64,000 nt of DNA, taken from the NCBI GenBank assembly GCA_963827475.1, contig CAWHAZ010000004.1, positions 192,001 to 256,000 of the forward strand, in the 5' to 3' direction. Of the stretch, positions 1 to 14,041 are shown one piece after another. The position numbers and the translations under genes are program-made. Below the pieces are notes generated by a model that was not told where the DNA came from, did not search any database, and worked only from the letters and a program-made list of their open reading frames with translations. Numbering within the stretch: position 1 is the stretch's first letter; the number at the start of each line of letters is the position of its first letter. Source of the stretch: an uncultured Chloroflexia bacterium. GTDB lineage: Bacteria > Chloroflexota > Limnocylindria > QHBO01.

Positions 1-2
1 CG

Positions 3-173
3 GCGGGAATCGTCCTCGGTGAGCCGGACCTCATCCTGGCCATCGGCGCCGCGGTGGCCGACGAGCTGTACGGCATCCAGGTCCCGATCGCGGTCGTCGG
101 ATCGGCGGAGCTCGCGGCGATCACGAACGGCCAACCCGTCGACATCGGTCCCGAAGGGGTGTCGGCCGACTAG
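3..173 (+). CDS. 3' end of DUF126 / aconitase X swivel-domain protein (partial)
   Basis: Hand translation of frame 3: AGIVLGEPDLILAIGAAVADELYGIQVPIAVV..., stop TAG at 171-173; resembles the DUF126 C-terminus. Confidence 0.6.
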   Translation, partial: AGIVLGEPDLILAIGAAVADELYGIQVPIAVVGSAELAAITNGQPVDIGPEGVSAD

Positions 174-206
174 ACTCGGGCCTCCAATCGTGGAGGAGGC
201 GGACCG

Positions 207-1469
207 ATGGATGCCTGGGCGGAGCTGCAGGCGGAGGACCCGGAGATCTGGCAGGTCGTCCAGGACGAGGAGCATCGCGCGCGCTCCAACCTGGAGCTCA
301 TCGCCTCGGAGAGCTACCCCAGTCGGGCGGTGCTGGAGGCCACCGGCTCGGTCCTCACCGCCAAGTACGCGGAGGGCTACCCTCGGCGCCGCTACTACGG
401 CGGCTGCGAGGTCGTGGATCGGGCCGAGGACCTCGCCCGGGACCGCGCCAAGGCGCTGTTCGGGGCCGAGCACGTCAACGTCCAGCCCCACGCCGGCGCC
501 CAGGCCAACATGGCCGTCTTCCACGCCCTGCTCGAGCGGGGCGACACGGTGATGGGGCTGGCCCTCGACCAGGGCGGGCACCTGACCCACGGGTCGCCGG
601 TGAACTTCAGCGGGCAGTACTACAACTTCGTCGCCTACCACGTCGACCGCGAGACGCATCTCATCGACCTCGACGAGGTCCGCGCCCTTGCCCGCGAGCA
701 CCGGCCGAAGATGATCGTCACCGGCGCGACCGCCTACCCGCGCCACTGGGACTTCGCCGCGTTCCGCGAGATCGCGGACGAGGTCGACGCGATCCTCATG
801 ACCGACATGTCGCACTTCGCCGGGCTGGTGGCCGGCGGCGTGCACCCGAACCCGGTGCCGCACGCCCAGGTGGTGACGACCACCACCCACAAGACCCTGA
901 GGGGGCCGCGGGGGGCGATGATCCTGTGCACCGAGGCGCTGGCCAAGGACATCGACCGCGCGGTGTTCCCCGCCATCCAGGGCGGTCCGCTCATGCACGT
1001 GGTGGCCGCCAAGGCGGTCGCCTTCCACCAGGCCCAGAGCCCCGAGTTCCGCGCCGATGCCCAGCGCACGGTGGACAACGCCCGCGCCCTGGGCGAGTCG
1101 CTCGCCGGTCAGGGCGCGTCGCTGGTGTCGGGTGGGACCGATACCCATCTCCTGCTGGTCGACGTCACGCCCTTCGGGGTCACCGGCAAGGAGGCCGATG
1201 CCGCCCTGGGCGAGGTCGACATCACCGTGAACAAGAACGCGATTCCGTACGATCCGAACCCGCCGATGGTGGCCAGCGGCATCCGGGTGGGCACGCCGTG
1301 CGTCACCGGACGGGGCATGGGCGCGGCCGACATGGCGGAGATCGGGGAGCTGATCGTGGCCGGCATCGCGGCCCGGGGCGACGAAGCCGCGCAGGCGGCC
1401 GTCAGGGCCCGTGTGGTGGCCCTCGCCGAGCGCTTCCCGGTGCCCGGCCTGGCGTGGACCCGAGCCTGA
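207..1469 (+). CDS. glyA: Serine hydroxymethyltransferase
   Basis: LELIASE, KYAEGYP, GGHLTHG and [13 protein letters not shown] (PLP lysine) motifs; GGAGG RBS upstream. Confidence 0.98.
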   Translation: MDAWAELQAEDPEIWQVVQDEEHRARSNLELIASESYPSRAVLEATGSVLTAKYAEGYPRRRYYGGCEVVDRAEDLARDRAKALFGAEHVNVQPHAGAQANMAVFHALLERGDTVMGLALDQGGHLTHGSPVNFSGQYYNFVAYHVDRETHLIDLDEVRALAREHRPKMIVTGATAYPRHWDFAAFREIADEVDAILMTDMSHFAGLVAGGVHPNPVPHAQVVTTTTHKTLRGPRGAMILCTEALAKDIDRAVFPAIQGGPLMHVVAAKAVAFHQAQSPEFRADAQRTVDNARALGESLAGQGASLVSGGTDTHLLLVDVTPFGVTGKEADAALGEVDITVNKNAIPYDPNPPMVASGIRVGTPCVTGRGMGAADMAEIGELIVAGIAARGDEAAQAAVRARVVALAERFPVPGLAWTRA

Positions 1470-1540
1470 GCGGCGAGGGACGAATTCGGGGGGCACCGGC
1501 TATACTCGCCGCGGCGTCCGATCGCCCGGAGTCGAGCTGA

Positions 1541-1750
1541 ATGCCCAAGACGAGCCCCGGGCCGGCAAGGATCCTCGGTGAAGTCACCCTGATCATGGCC
1601 GTCCCGATGCTCGGCGGCGTGGTCGTCGGCCTCGTGCTCGATGCACAGGCAGGCACCTCGCCGATTTTCGTGCTCGGCGGTCTGGTGGTCGGGAGCCTGG
1701 CCGCTGCCATCGGTATCTGGCTCTACATTCGGAAGCGCCAGCGGCCATGA
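1541..1750 (+). CDS. AtpZ/Atp1-like small membrane protein
   Basis: Two hydrophobic segments, G..LD...GTSP motif, first gene of the atp operon; TATACT -10 at 1501-1506. Confidence 0.7.
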   Translation: MPKTSPGPARILGEVTLIMAVPMLGGVVVGLVLDAQAGTSPIFVLGGLVVGSLAAAIGIWLYIRKRQRP

Positions 1751-1944
1751 ACAACAACTGGGGGATCGCTCTCGACCTGGGGATCCGGCTCGGGGCGGCG
1801 GTCATGATCGGCTTCTTCGGCGGCCTGCTGCTGGATGGAGTGTTCGGGACCCGGCCTCTGCTGACCCTGGTGGGCACCGCCTTCGGGGTGGCTGCCGCGA
1901 TGTACACCATCTGGGACGTCGCGCGGCGAGCGATGAAGCCGTAG
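1747..1944 (+). CDS. AtpZ/Atp1-like small membrane protein (second copy)
   Basis: GLLLDGVFGTRPLLTLVG motif; ATGA overlap with the previous gene. Confidence 0.75.
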   Translation: MNNNWGIALDLGIRLGAAVMIGFFGGLLLDGVFGTRPLLTLVGTAFGVAAAMYTIWDVARRAMKP

Positions 1945-1960
1945 TCAGAGGGTCTGTCAC

Positions 1961-2792
1961 CTGGTTCACGTCGAGATCGCCGCGGAACCCCTGTTCCAGA
2001 TCGGCCCCTTGGTCTTCACCAACAGCATGGTCGGGGCGCTGCTGGCCAGCTTCCTGCTGCTCGCGGCCACCGTCTGGCTCGCCGGCCGCGCGACGCTGGT
2101 CCCGAGCCGCTTCCAGGCCCTCGTCGAGTTCCCGATCGAGTGGCTGGCCGGCATCGTGCGCAGCACCGGCGGGACGCGGTGGGGAGAGTTCGCGGGACTG
2201 GTGATCGCGATCTTCCTGTTCGTGCTCGTCGCGAACTTCATCGGCCTCCTGCCCGGCGTCGGCGTGGTCGGGGTCACGGTCGAGGGGGAGCACGGCGAGG
2301 AGCTGCTCGTGCCGTTCGTCCGGGCCGCTGCCGCGGACCTCAACTTCACGCTTGGCCTGGCGCTCATCGCGTTCGTGGCGTTCATCGGATGGGGAATCCG
2401 GGCCAACGGTGTGGGTGGCTACCTCAAGGAGCTGCTCATCGCCGAGCCCGCGTACATGACCCCGCTCCTGACCCCCATCCACATCATCAGCGAGCTCTCG
2501 CGCCTGATCAGCCTGTCGATGCGGCTCTTCGGCAACGTGTTCGCCGGCGAGGTCCTGCTCGCGGTGATCCTCGCCCTGGTGCCGCTCGTTCGTTCCCGTC
2601 GTCTTCCTGGGCCTGGAGGCGATCTTCGGCTTCGTCCAGGCCCTCGTCTTCGCCCTGCTGACCATGACCTACATCACCCTCGCCATCGCCGAGCATCGCC
2701 AGCACGGCGACGGTGACGCGCACGCGGGGGACACGCACACGGGCCGCGAGCCCGAGGAATCAGAGGCCCATCCCGCCCCGGGCACGGCCTGA
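1961..2792 (+). CDS. atpB: ATP synthase F0 subunit a (frameshift near 2590; start probably CTG at 1961)
   Basis: SLSMRLFGNVFAGE motif; C-terminus LEAIFGFVQALVFALLTMTYI continues in a shifted frame to TGA 2790-2792. Confidence 0.93.
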
Positions 2793-2845
2793 CAACGGGA
2801 CGCTCCGCCCCACCGCCGCGGAGCACAGTGGAGGAACCGAACACC

Positions 2846-3070
2846 GTGGAATTCCAGCTTCTCGCCGCCGGTCTCGCCATCGGGCTCGGCACCATCGGTC
2901 CGGGCATCGGGATCGGGATCGGCTTCAGCCGGGCCATGGAGGCCATCGGCCGCAACCCGGAGGCGTCCGGGACGCTCTTCGTGCCCTACATCCTGGGCCT
3001 GGCGCTCACCGAGGCCATGGCGATCTACGCCCTGGTCATCGGCCTCATCTTGATCTTCGCGGTCGGCTGA
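2846..3070 (+). CDS. atpE: ATP synthase F0 subunit c (H+-type)
   Basis: GxGxGxG helix, GRNPE loop and LTEAMAIY carboxylate; GGAGG RBS precedes GTG at 2846. Confidence 0.96.
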   Translation: MEFQLLAAGLAIGLGTIGPGIGIGIGFSRAMEAIGRNPEASGTLFVPYILGLALTEAMAIYALVIGLILIFAVG

Positions 3071-3080
3071 GCCGGCGACC

Positions 3081-3578
3081 ATGGCCTTCTTCGAAGCCTT
3101 CGGGGTGGATGCCTGGAAGCTCGGCTTCCAGATCGTCAACTTCCTGATCCTGCTGTTCCTGCTCAACCGCTTCCTGTTCAAGCCGGTCCTGCGCCGGATC
3201 GACGAGCGGCAGGGCACGCTGAGCAAGGGCCTGGAGGACGCCGCCGCCGCGGCCCGGGACCGGGAGCTGGCACGTGCCGAGCGGGAGGCCGCCCTGGCCG
3301 AGGCTCGGCAGGAGTCGGAAGCCCTCGTCCAGCGGGCAGCCAAGACGGCCGAGGCCACCAGCGCGGAGATCCTCGCGGCGGCCAAGGCATCTGCCGAGCA
3401 GCTGACGGCCCGTGCCCGCGAGGAAATCGAAGCCGAGAAGGATCGGGCGCTGGCCGAGATCCGGGGCGAGGTCGCCGACCTGGCCCTCGACGCGGCCGGC
3501 AAGCTGGTCGGGTCCGAGATGGACTCGCCCACCCAGCGCCGACTGGTCGAGCAGTTCCTGGCCGAGAACCGGAACTGA
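3081..3578 (+). CDS. atpF: ATP synthase F0 subunit b
   Basis: QIVNFLILLFLL..FLFKP transmembrane segment followed by a coiled coil. Confidence 0.96.
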   Translation: MAFFEAFGVDAWKLGFQIVNFLILLFLLNRFLFKPVLRRIDERQGTLSKGLEDAAAAARDRELARAEREAALAEARQESEALVQRAAKTAEATSAEILAAAKASAEQLTARAREEIEAEKDRALAEIRGEVADLALDAAGKLVGSEMDSPTQRRLVEQFLAENRN

Positions 3579-3581
3579 CCG

Positions 3582-4118
3582 ATGGCCCGCCGAGAGACCG
3601 CCGCTCGCCGTTACGCGGAGGCCGCCTTCCAGGTGGCCTCGTCGGAGGGCGCGCTGAACCGGTGGCAGGCCGACCTGGCCGTGCTGAGCGAGGCGCTCGC
3701 CATCCCGCAGCTCCGGGCGGTGATGGAGCACCCGGCCATCGCCTACGCGGACAAGGAGCGGGTCCTGCGCCGCGCGGTGACCGATGTGGCCACCGGCCCG
3801 CTCAACCTGGTCCTGCTCATGATCCGGCGCGGACGGCCCGGGGCCGTGCCCGCCATGCGCAGCCATTTCGAGGAGCTGGTCCGGCGCCAGCGCGGCATCG
3901 CCCGCGCAGAGATCCGGAGCGCCCTGCCCCTGAGCGATCAGGACCGGGCCGATCTCGAGCGCACGCTCGAGCGCCTGGCCGGCCGCCAGGTGGAGTTCAC
4001 CGAAACCGTCGATCCCGGCCTCATCGGGGGCATCTCGGTGCGGATCGGGGATCAGTTGTATGACGCCAGCGTGCGGAGCCGCCTGGAGCGGCTGCGAGCG
4101 CGCCTGACCGCGGTCTGA
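3582..4118 (+). CDS. atpH: ATP synthase F1 subunit delta
   Basis: ARRYAEA N-terminus; [23 protein letters not shown]-terminus. Confidence 0.96.
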   Translation: MARRETAARRYAEAAFQVASSEGALNRWQADLAVLSEALAIPQLRAVMEHPAIAYADKERVLRRAVTDVATGPLNLVLLMIRRGRPGAVPAMRSHFEELVRRQRGIARAEIRSALPLSDQDRADLERTLERLAGRQVEFTETVDPGLIGGISVRIGDQLYDASVRSRLERLRARLTAV

Positions 4119-4128
4119 GGAGTACTGG

Positions 4129-8069
<3,941 letters not shown>

Positions 8070-8090
8070 GCCGATGAGGGCTCGAGACCG

Positions 8091-8501
8091 ATGACCCTGC
8101 GGCTCGAGGTCGTCTCCCCCGACGGCCGGGTGTTCACCGATGACGTGGACTCGGTCGTCGTGCCCGGCATCGAGGGCGAGCTCGGCATCCTGCCCCACCA
8201 CACCTCGCTGGTCACCGCCCTCGGCACCGGCGAGCTGCGGATCCGCCAGGCGGGCACCGTCCAGTTCATGCTGATCAGCGGCGGCTTCGTGGAGGTGCGG
8301 CCCGAGAAGGTCGTGGTCATGGCCTTCGTGGCGGAGCATTCCGACGAGATCGACGCCGCGGCCGCGGCCGAGGCCCGCAAGGCGGCCGAGGCGGATCTCG
8401 AGGCCGTCCACGACCCGGTGGACCTGGCCCGGGTCCGCGCCGCGCTCCAGACCGCGCTCATGCGCGAGCGAATCGCCACCCGACGGAGCCAGCGGCGCTG
8501 A
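8091..8501 (+). CDS. atpC: ATP synthase F1 subunit epsilon
   Basis: VVSPDG, GELGILPHH and ISGGFVEV motifs. Confidence 0.97.
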   Translation: MTLRLEVVSPDGRVFTDDVDSVVVPGIEGELGILPHHTSLVTALGTGELRIRQAGTVQFMLISGGFVEVRPEKVVVMAFVAEHSDEIDAAAAAEARKAAEADLEAVHDPVDLARVRAALQTALMRERIATRRSQRR

Positions 8502-8516
8502 TCTAGGCTTGCGCCT

Positions 8517-8714
8517 GTGAGCGGGGAGCAGGCCAAGCCGGAGAAGCCCTTCAGACGAATGCAGGAGTTCCGCAAGATCAGCCGGGAGTACCCGTTCATC
8601 TGCCCGGTCGACTTCAAGCCCCATCGCGGCTCGCCCCCCGGATCCGATCCGAACCTCGATCCCGAGTTCGTCGCCCGCCACCGGGAAGACGACGGGGACC
8701 ACTACCTCGGGTGA
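8517..8714 (+). CDS. Hypothetical protein (65 aa)
   Basis: Host-like codon usage; TAGGCT -10 lies 7 nt upstream of the GTG. Confidence 0.55.
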   Translation: MSGEQAKPEKPFRRMQEFRKISREYPFICPVDFKPHRGSPPGSDPNLDPEFVARHREDDGDHYLG

Positions 8715-8727
8715 GCGGCACGCCCGG

Positions 8728-9054
8728 ATGCTGAGCTGTCAGCAGTGCGGCGCCCGGTCGGGCGCCCTCCCGGTGCGGATCGAGATCGTGCGCGAGAGCG
8801 GACCGATCGGCCCGGCCGCCGGGCCGGACCTGGTCGGGAACCCGAACTTCACCCAGCGCTTCGCGTTCTGCTCGAGCGCCCACCTGTACGACTGGCTGCG
8901 CGAGCATCGGTACATGCTCTGCAACCGCCAGCCGACCGCGGTCGAGGAGGGCATGCAGCCGCTCCTCCCGTCGCGGCACATGGGTGGGCGGCTGGGCCTG
9001 TGTGACGGCCACCATCTCGGTGGGCACGAGTGGAAGGAGGCGTGGCCCGCCTAG
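8728..9054 (+). CDS. Hypothetical protein with CxxC...FCSxxH (putative zinc-binding)
   Basis: CQQC N-terminus, FCSSAHL and further Cys/His residues; fills the gap before murA. Confidence 0.65.
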   Translation: MLSCQQCGARSGALPVRIEIVRESGPIGPAAGPDLVGNPNFTQRFAFCSSAHLYDWLREHRYMLCNRQPTAVEEGMQPLLPSRHMGGRLGLCDGHHLGGHEWKEAWPA

Positions 9055-9063
9055 GGCTCGCGG

Positions 9064-10341
9064 ATGGATCGGTACGTGATCGAGGGCGGCGTCCCCCTTC
9101 GGGGCGAGGTTCGCGTGGCCGGCGCCAAGAACGCGGTGCTGAAGATGATGGCCGCCGCGATCCTGACCGACGAGCCGGTCACGCTCCGCAACGTGCCGCG
9201 CATCAGCGACGTGGCGATCATGCGCGAGACGATGGCCGACATCGGCTTCGCCTGGACCGATGTCGACGCGCACACGCTCGAGCTCCGCGACCGTGGACCG
9301 GAGTGGCTGTTCGTCCCGCTCGAGGCGGCGATGAAGATGCGGTCCTCGTTCATCCTGCTCGGCCCGCTCCTGGCCCGCCACGGCCGGGTCATCATCAGCA
9401 ACCCCGGCGGCGACCGGATCGGCCGCCGGCCGGTGGACCTCCACGTCGAGGCCATGCAGGCGCTCGGCGCCGAGATCGAGTACCGCAACGGCTACTACTT
9501 CGCCCGGGCCGACCGGCTGCGGGGCGGACGGATCGCGTTCCCGTACGTAACCGTGATGGGCACCGAGAACGCCCTGCTGGCCGCCTGCCTGGCGGAGGGG
9601 ACCACGGTCATCGAGAACGCCGCGCAGGAGCCGGAGGTGGACGACCTGGTCGCCATGCTGCGGACGATGGGGGCGCGCATCGAGCGGACCGCCGCCCACG
9701 TCCTCGAGGTCGAAGGGGTGAACGGCCTGGGCGGCGTCGAGCACACCGTGGTCGGGGACCGGATCGAGGCGGGCACCTTCGCGGTCGCGGCGGCGGCCAG
9801 CGGCGGGGAGGTGACGGTCATCGGATTCGAGCCCGCGCACCTCGGCGCCTTCACCGATGTCCTGGCCACCATGGGCGTGGCGCACGAGGCGGTGCGGACG
9901 AACGGCGGGCACGGCCTCCGCGTCGTCGGCGCGCCATCGGGAACGTATCGGCCGGTCGCCATCGAGACCGAGGCCTATCCGGGACTGGCGACCGATCTCC
10001 AGGCGCCCCTGGCGGTGCTCATGACCCAGGCGGCAGGGGAGAGCACCATCCACGAGACGATCTACTCGGACCGCCTCGAGTACACCGCCGAGCTGGTGAA
10101 GATGGGCGCCGAGATCGAGGTCACCGACGCCACCCGCGCCCGGATCGTGGGGCCCACCCCGCTCCGCGGCCGGCTGGTCCAGATCCCGGACCTGCGCGCC
10201 GGCGCGACCCTGGTCCTCGCCGCCCTGGCCGCCGAGGGGACGAGCACGATCACCGGCGTGGAGCACGTCGACCGCGGGTACGAGGCATTCGAGTCCAAGC
10301 TGGTGGACCTGGGCGCCCGGATCGGCCGGGTGACCGACTGA
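9064..10341 (+). CDS. murA: UDP-N-acetylglucosamine 1-carboxyvinyltransferase
   Basis: [46 protein letters not shown] and DRGY motifs. Confidence 0.97.
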   Translation: MDRYVIEGGVPLRGEVRVAGAKNAVLKMMAAAILTDEPVTLRNVPRISDVAIMRETMADIGFAWTDVDAHTLELRDRGPEWLFVPLEAAMKMRSSFILLGPLLARHGRVIISNPGGDRIGRRPVDLHVEAMQALGAEIEYRNGYYFARADRLRGGRIAFPYVTVMGTENALLAACLAEGTTVIENAAQEPEVDDLVAMLRTMGARIERTAAHVLEVEGVNGLGGVEHTVVGDRIEAGTFAVAAAASGGEVTVIGFEPAHLGAFTDVLATMGVAHEAVRTNGGHGLRVVGAPSGTYRPVAIETEAYPGLATDLQAPLAVLMTQAAGESTIHETIYSDRLEYTAELVKMGAEIEVTDATRARIVGPTPLRGRLVQIPDLRAGATLVLAALAAEGTSTITGVEHVDRGYEAFESKLVDLGARIGRVTD

Positions 10342-10399
10342 GGTTCCCCGACCGGCCGATATACTCGCCGCCCACCCCGCTCCCCCAGATCGGTCGCGC

Positions 10400-11392
10400 A
10401 TGAAGATCGGTATCGACCTCGGCACCGCCAACATCCTGGTCTACGTCCAGGGCAAGGGCGTCGTCCTGAACGAGCCGTCGGTGGTCGCCATCTCGGAGGA
10501 CGAGAACCGGCTGGTGGCGGTCGGCGAGGAGGCGCGCGAGATGATCGGTCGCACGCCGGGGAACGTTCGGGCCATACGGCCCATGCGCGATGGGGTCATT
10601 GCGGACTACCTCATCACCGAGGCCATGCTTCACTACGTGATCAACAAGGTGGCCCGCGTCCGGATCTTCCGGCCCGACGTGATGATCAGCGTGCCGTCAG
10701 GCGTGACCAGCGTGGAGAAGCGCGCGGTCCGTGACGCGGCGCTGAAGGCCGGCGCACGGGACGCGTTCCTCATCGAGGAGCCGCTGGCGGCGGCGATCGG
10801 GGCCAACATCCCGATCAGCGGCCCCTCCGGCAACATGATCATCGACATCGGAGGCGGGACGACCGAGGTGGCGGTCATCGCCCTGGGCGGAATCGTGGTC
10901 TCCGACTCGGTCCGCGTCGGCGGGAACCGCTTCGACGAGGCGATCGCGAACTACATCCGCCGCAAGTACAACCTGATGATCGGGGAGCGGACGGCGGAAG
11001 AGGTGAAGATCCGGATCGGGTCCGCCCTGCCGCTCGACGAGCCGCTGACGATGGAGGTCAAGGGACGCGACCTCATCGCCGGGCTGCCCCGGACGATCCC
11101 GATGAACAGCGGAGAGGTCACCGAGGCCATCGAGCAGCCGCTCCAGCAGATCATCTCCGCGGTGCGCAGCGTGCTCGAGCAGACGCCGCCGGAGCTGGCG
11201 AGCGACATCATCGACAAGGGGATGGTCATGTCCGGCGGCGGCAGCCTCCTCCGTAACCTCGATGGGCTGCTGACCCAGGTGACCGGCATCCCGTGCCACG
11301 TGGCGGAGAACGCCCTGAGCTCGGTGGCGGTCGGCACCGGGCGCGCGCTGGAGCAGTTCGCGACGTTCCGCAAGAGCCTGGTGACCTCGTGA
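10400..11392 (+). CDS. mreB: Rod shape-determining protein MreB/Mbl
   Basis: [24 protein letters not shown] and SGGGSLL motifs; TATACT at 10360-10365. Confidence 0.96.
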   Translation: MKIGIDLGTANILVYVQGKGVVLNEPSVVAISEDENRLVAVGEEAREMIGRTPGNVRAIRPMRDGVIADYLITEAMLHYVINKVARVRIFRPDVMISVPSGVTSVEKRAVRDAALKAGARDAFLIEEPLAAAIGANIPISGPSGNMIIDIGGGTTEVAVIALGGIVVSDSVRVGGNRFDEAIANYIRRKYNLMIGERTAEEVKIRIGSALPLDEPLTMEVKGRDLIAGLPRTIPMNSGEVTEAIEQPLQQIISAVRSVLEQTPPELASDIIDKGMVMSGGGSLLRNLDGLLTQVTGIPCHVAENALSSVAVGTGRALEQFATFRKSLVTS

Positions 11393-12147
11393 CCACCGCG
11401 GTGGCGACCCAGACCGCGGTCCGTGAGAAGACCGGCGCCGATAGCCGGGCGCTGGCCTTCGCCGACTTCCATTGCCACACCCGCCACAGCCCCGACTCCC
11501 GGCTGGACGAGGACCGATTCCTCACCGTGGCCCTGGAGCGCGGCCTGACCCACGTCGCGGTCACCGACCACAACACGATCGACGGATCGGTGGCGGTTCG
11601 GGCGAAGGCCGCGGAATTGGCCATGGACGATCGTCTGACGGTGATCCTGGGCGAGGAGGTCTCGAGCGCGGACGGCGAGATCGTGGGGCTGTTCATCAAG
11701 GCGACCATCCCGCGCGGCCTGTCGGCCGAGGACACGGCCGACGCCATTCGCGGTCAGGGCGGCCTTGTCTCGGTTCCGCACCCGTACGACCCGTTCCGCC
11801 GCTCGCACATCAACCCCGAGGCGCTGGAGAGTCTGGCGGTGAGCCACCGGATCGACATGATCGAGGTCTTCAACAGCCGGGTCACGCTCGGCCGCCACAA
11901 CCAGGAAGCGGCCGACTTCGCGGCCCGCCACGGAATCCCCGGCGTTGCCTGCTCCGACTCGCACACGGCGATGGAGGTCGCGATGAGCTTCAACGCTCTG
12001 CCGGCCTTCGCCACGGCCGACGAGCTGGCCGCTGCCCTTCCCGACAACGAGTGGCACGGCAGCCGCACGACCAAGCTGGTCCATCTCGGAACCCGGTTCG
12101 CGGTCGCCTCGAAGTGGGTCGAGCGCCAGACCGGGGCCGGCAAATGA
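11389..12147 (+). CDS. PHP-domain phosphoesterase
   Basis: DFHCHT, AVTDHN, GEEV, PHPY, EVFN and SDSH metal ligands; GTGA overlap with mreB. Confidence 0.9.
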   Translation: MTTAVATQTAVREKTGADSRALAFADFHCHTRHSPDSRLDEDRFLTVALERGLTHVAVTDHNTIDGSVAVRAKAAELAMDDRLTVILGEEVSSADGEIVGLFIKATIPRGLSAEDTADAIRGQGGLVSVPHPYDPFRRSHINPEALESLAVSHRIDMIEVFNSRVTLGRHNQEAADFAARHGIPGVACSDSHTAMEVAMSFNALPAFATADELAAALPDNEWHGSRTTKLVHLGTRFAVASKWVERQTGAGK

Positions 12148-13304
12148 CCGAGGACCAGCCCGACCACCTTCCTCCCGCCGAAGGTCCCGACAACCGATCC
12201 CAGGGCCATCCCCACGGCCATTCGGTCTACGAGGCATCCGACTTCCTCGGCGCGCCCGCCGGCGAGGGCATCCCGGAGAGCGAGGTCTCGCTGGCTCGGC
12301 GCTTCCTCAACGCCCGCACCATCGGCTCGCTGGTCTTTGCCCTGCTCCTGCTGTTCCTGTTCTTCCGGGTCGTGCTCGACATCGACTTCGGCGCGACCAT
12401 CGGTCTCATCCGGTCCGCGGACCCGGTCCTCCTCCTCGCCGCCCTGGTCGTCTACTACCTGACCTTCCCGCTCCGCGGGGGGCGGTGGTGGTACGTGCTC
12501 GGCAAGGTCGGGACCCACATCCGGTACTGGATCGCGACCGAGATCCTGTTCCTGTCGTGGTTCGTGAACTGCCTCGTGCCGGCCAAGCTCGGCGACCTGT
12601 ACCGGGCCTACCTGCTGAAGGGCAACTTCGGGGGATCGGCCTCGCGCACGGTGGGCACGATCTTCGTCGAGCGGATCGCGGACATCGTCATCATCTTCGG
12701 CCTGGCCGTGGCTGCCGGCTTCTGGAGCTTCCGCGGACGATCCCGGCCGGAGCTGGACTTCATCTTCGTGGCGGCGTTCCTGCTCGTCGTCCTCCTGGTC
12801 GTCCTGCTCGTCGTGCTCCGGTTTGCCGGCCACCACATCGAGCGCATCCTGCCCGGGCGGGTGGAGGGCTTCTACACCCGGTTCCGGGAGGGCACCACCG
12901 CCGCCCTCACGCCGCGCGCGGTGAGCGTGATCGGACTGATCACCGTCTTCATCTGGCTGGCCGAGGGGCTCCGTGTCTTCTTCGTCATCAAGGCCGTTAA
13001 CCTGCCCGACGCGCAGCTCGGCATCTCGGCAGCCATTTTCGTGGCCCTGGTGGCGGCCCTCCTGACCGCGATTCCGCTGACCCCGGCCGGGGTCGGGTTC
13101 GTGGAGGCCGGGATCGTGGCCGCCCTGTCGCTGTACGGAGTCAGCCCCGAGTCCGCGGTGGCCATCGCGCTCATCGACCGTGCGATCTCGGTCCTCACCG
13201 TGATCGTGCTCGGCGGCCTCGACTACCTGCGCAGCCCGCTCGTCCGGCAGGCCCACCGCGCCGGCCTGGGCAACCCGCCCACGCAGGAGCCGCTCACCGG
13301 CTGA
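12144..13304 (+). CDS. Lysylphosphatidylglycerol synthase TM / flippase-like membrane protein
   Basis: LR..RW, N.LVPAKLGDLYR, ER..D and PLTPAGVGFVEA motifs; ATGA overlap. Confidence 0.88.
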   Translation: MTEDQPDHLPPAEGPDNRSQGHPHGHSVYEASDFLGAPAGEGIPESEVSLARRFLNARTIGSLVFALLLLFLFFRVVLDIDFGATIGLIRSADPVLLLAALVVYYLTFPLRGGRWWYVLGKVGTHIRYWIATEILFLSWFVNCLVPAKLGDLYRAYLLKGNFGGSASRTVGTIFVERIADIVIIFGLAVAAGFWSFRGRSRPELDFIFVAAFLLVVLLVVLLVVLRFAGHHIERILPGRVEGFYTRFREGTTAALTPRAVSVIGLITVFIWLAEGLRVFFVIKAVNLPDAQLGISAAIFVALVAALLTAIPLTPAGVGFVEAGIVAALSLYGVSPESAVAIALIDRAISVLTVIVLGGLDYLRSPLVRQAHRAGLGNPPTQEPLTG

Positions 13305-13440
13305 CGCTCACCGGCACCTGACCGGCGTCCGGCCCGAGGTACCTTTGTCCCATTGAGGCTGCGGCCCCCGAACCCGATGCTGCGGGTGCGCGCACGCACC
13401 ACCCACGCTCGTGAGTGGAGGCGCCATATGAGCCTCGTGG

Positions 13441-13881
13441 ATGACCCTCCAGACGCCGCGATCCTTCAACAGCTGGCTCCGCAGCCAGTTGAAGGAAAAG
13501 AAGATGAGCCAGCGCCAGCTGGCGCTCCAGTCGGGGGTCGATCACTCGACCATCTCCCGGCTGATCAAGGGCGACCGCATGCCGTCCCTGGGCACGGCGA
13601 CGAAGCTGGCTCGAGGCCTGCGCGAGATCCACGACGAGTCGGAAGGGCCCACCTACTTCGCGGGCCTGGCCGCTCGCCAGCTGCTCCCCACCAGTCGGGT
13701 CGAGTACGCCCTCCGCGGTGACGACCTCCTGACCGAGACCGATGTGCGCGAGCTCATGCAGAGCTACATCGCCGTCCGCTCGCGCCGACTCCGCCAGGAC
13801 GCGGCCAACGGTGGTCCCCATACCGGACCGAACGGGGACGGCACCGGCCCCGAGGCAGCGAAGGTCCGCTCCGGCACCTGA
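13441..13881 (+). CDS. XRE-family HTH transcriptional regulator
   Basis: MSQRQLALQSGVDHSTISRLIKGDRMPS helix-turn-helix. Confidence 0.88.
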   Translation: MTLQTPRSFNSWLRSQLKEKKMSQRQLALQSGVDHSTISRLIKGDRMPSLGTATKLARGLREIHDESEGPTYFAGLAARQLLPTSRVEYALRGDDLLTETDVRELMQSYIAVRSRRLRQDAANGGPHTGPNGDGTGPEAAKVRSGT

Positions 13882-13900
13882 CGTCTGCTAGCGTGGTCCG

Positions 13901-14017
13901 GTGGACCAGCCGGACCGATCAGGCCCCGACCTGCTGACCATCGGGCTTCTCGTCTTCTTCATCGCCCTGATCGTCATCGTTGCCGTAATGCTGCTGCTCC
14001 CCATCCTGACCGGCTAG
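13901..14017 (+). CDS. Small single-pass membrane protein (38 aa; not in ORF track)
   Basis: MDQPDRSGPDLLTIGLLVFFIALIVIVAVMLLLPILTG; extended -10 TGcTAGCGT 6 nt upstream of the GTG. Confidence 0.55.
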   Translation: MDQPDRSGPDLLTIGLLVFFIALIVIVAVMLLLPILTG

Positions 14018-14041
14018 ACCGGGGAGGGCTCAGGGTTTCGG

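Noticed and set aside
2846-3070. Na+-coupled ATP synthase
   Set aside because: The c subunit lacks the Gln and E-S/T Na+ ligands; the sequence reads EAMAIY.
11472-13304. 610-aa ORF suggesting an extended flippase
   Set aside because: The N-terminal part is an off-frame overlap of the PHP gene; the real start is ATG 12144.
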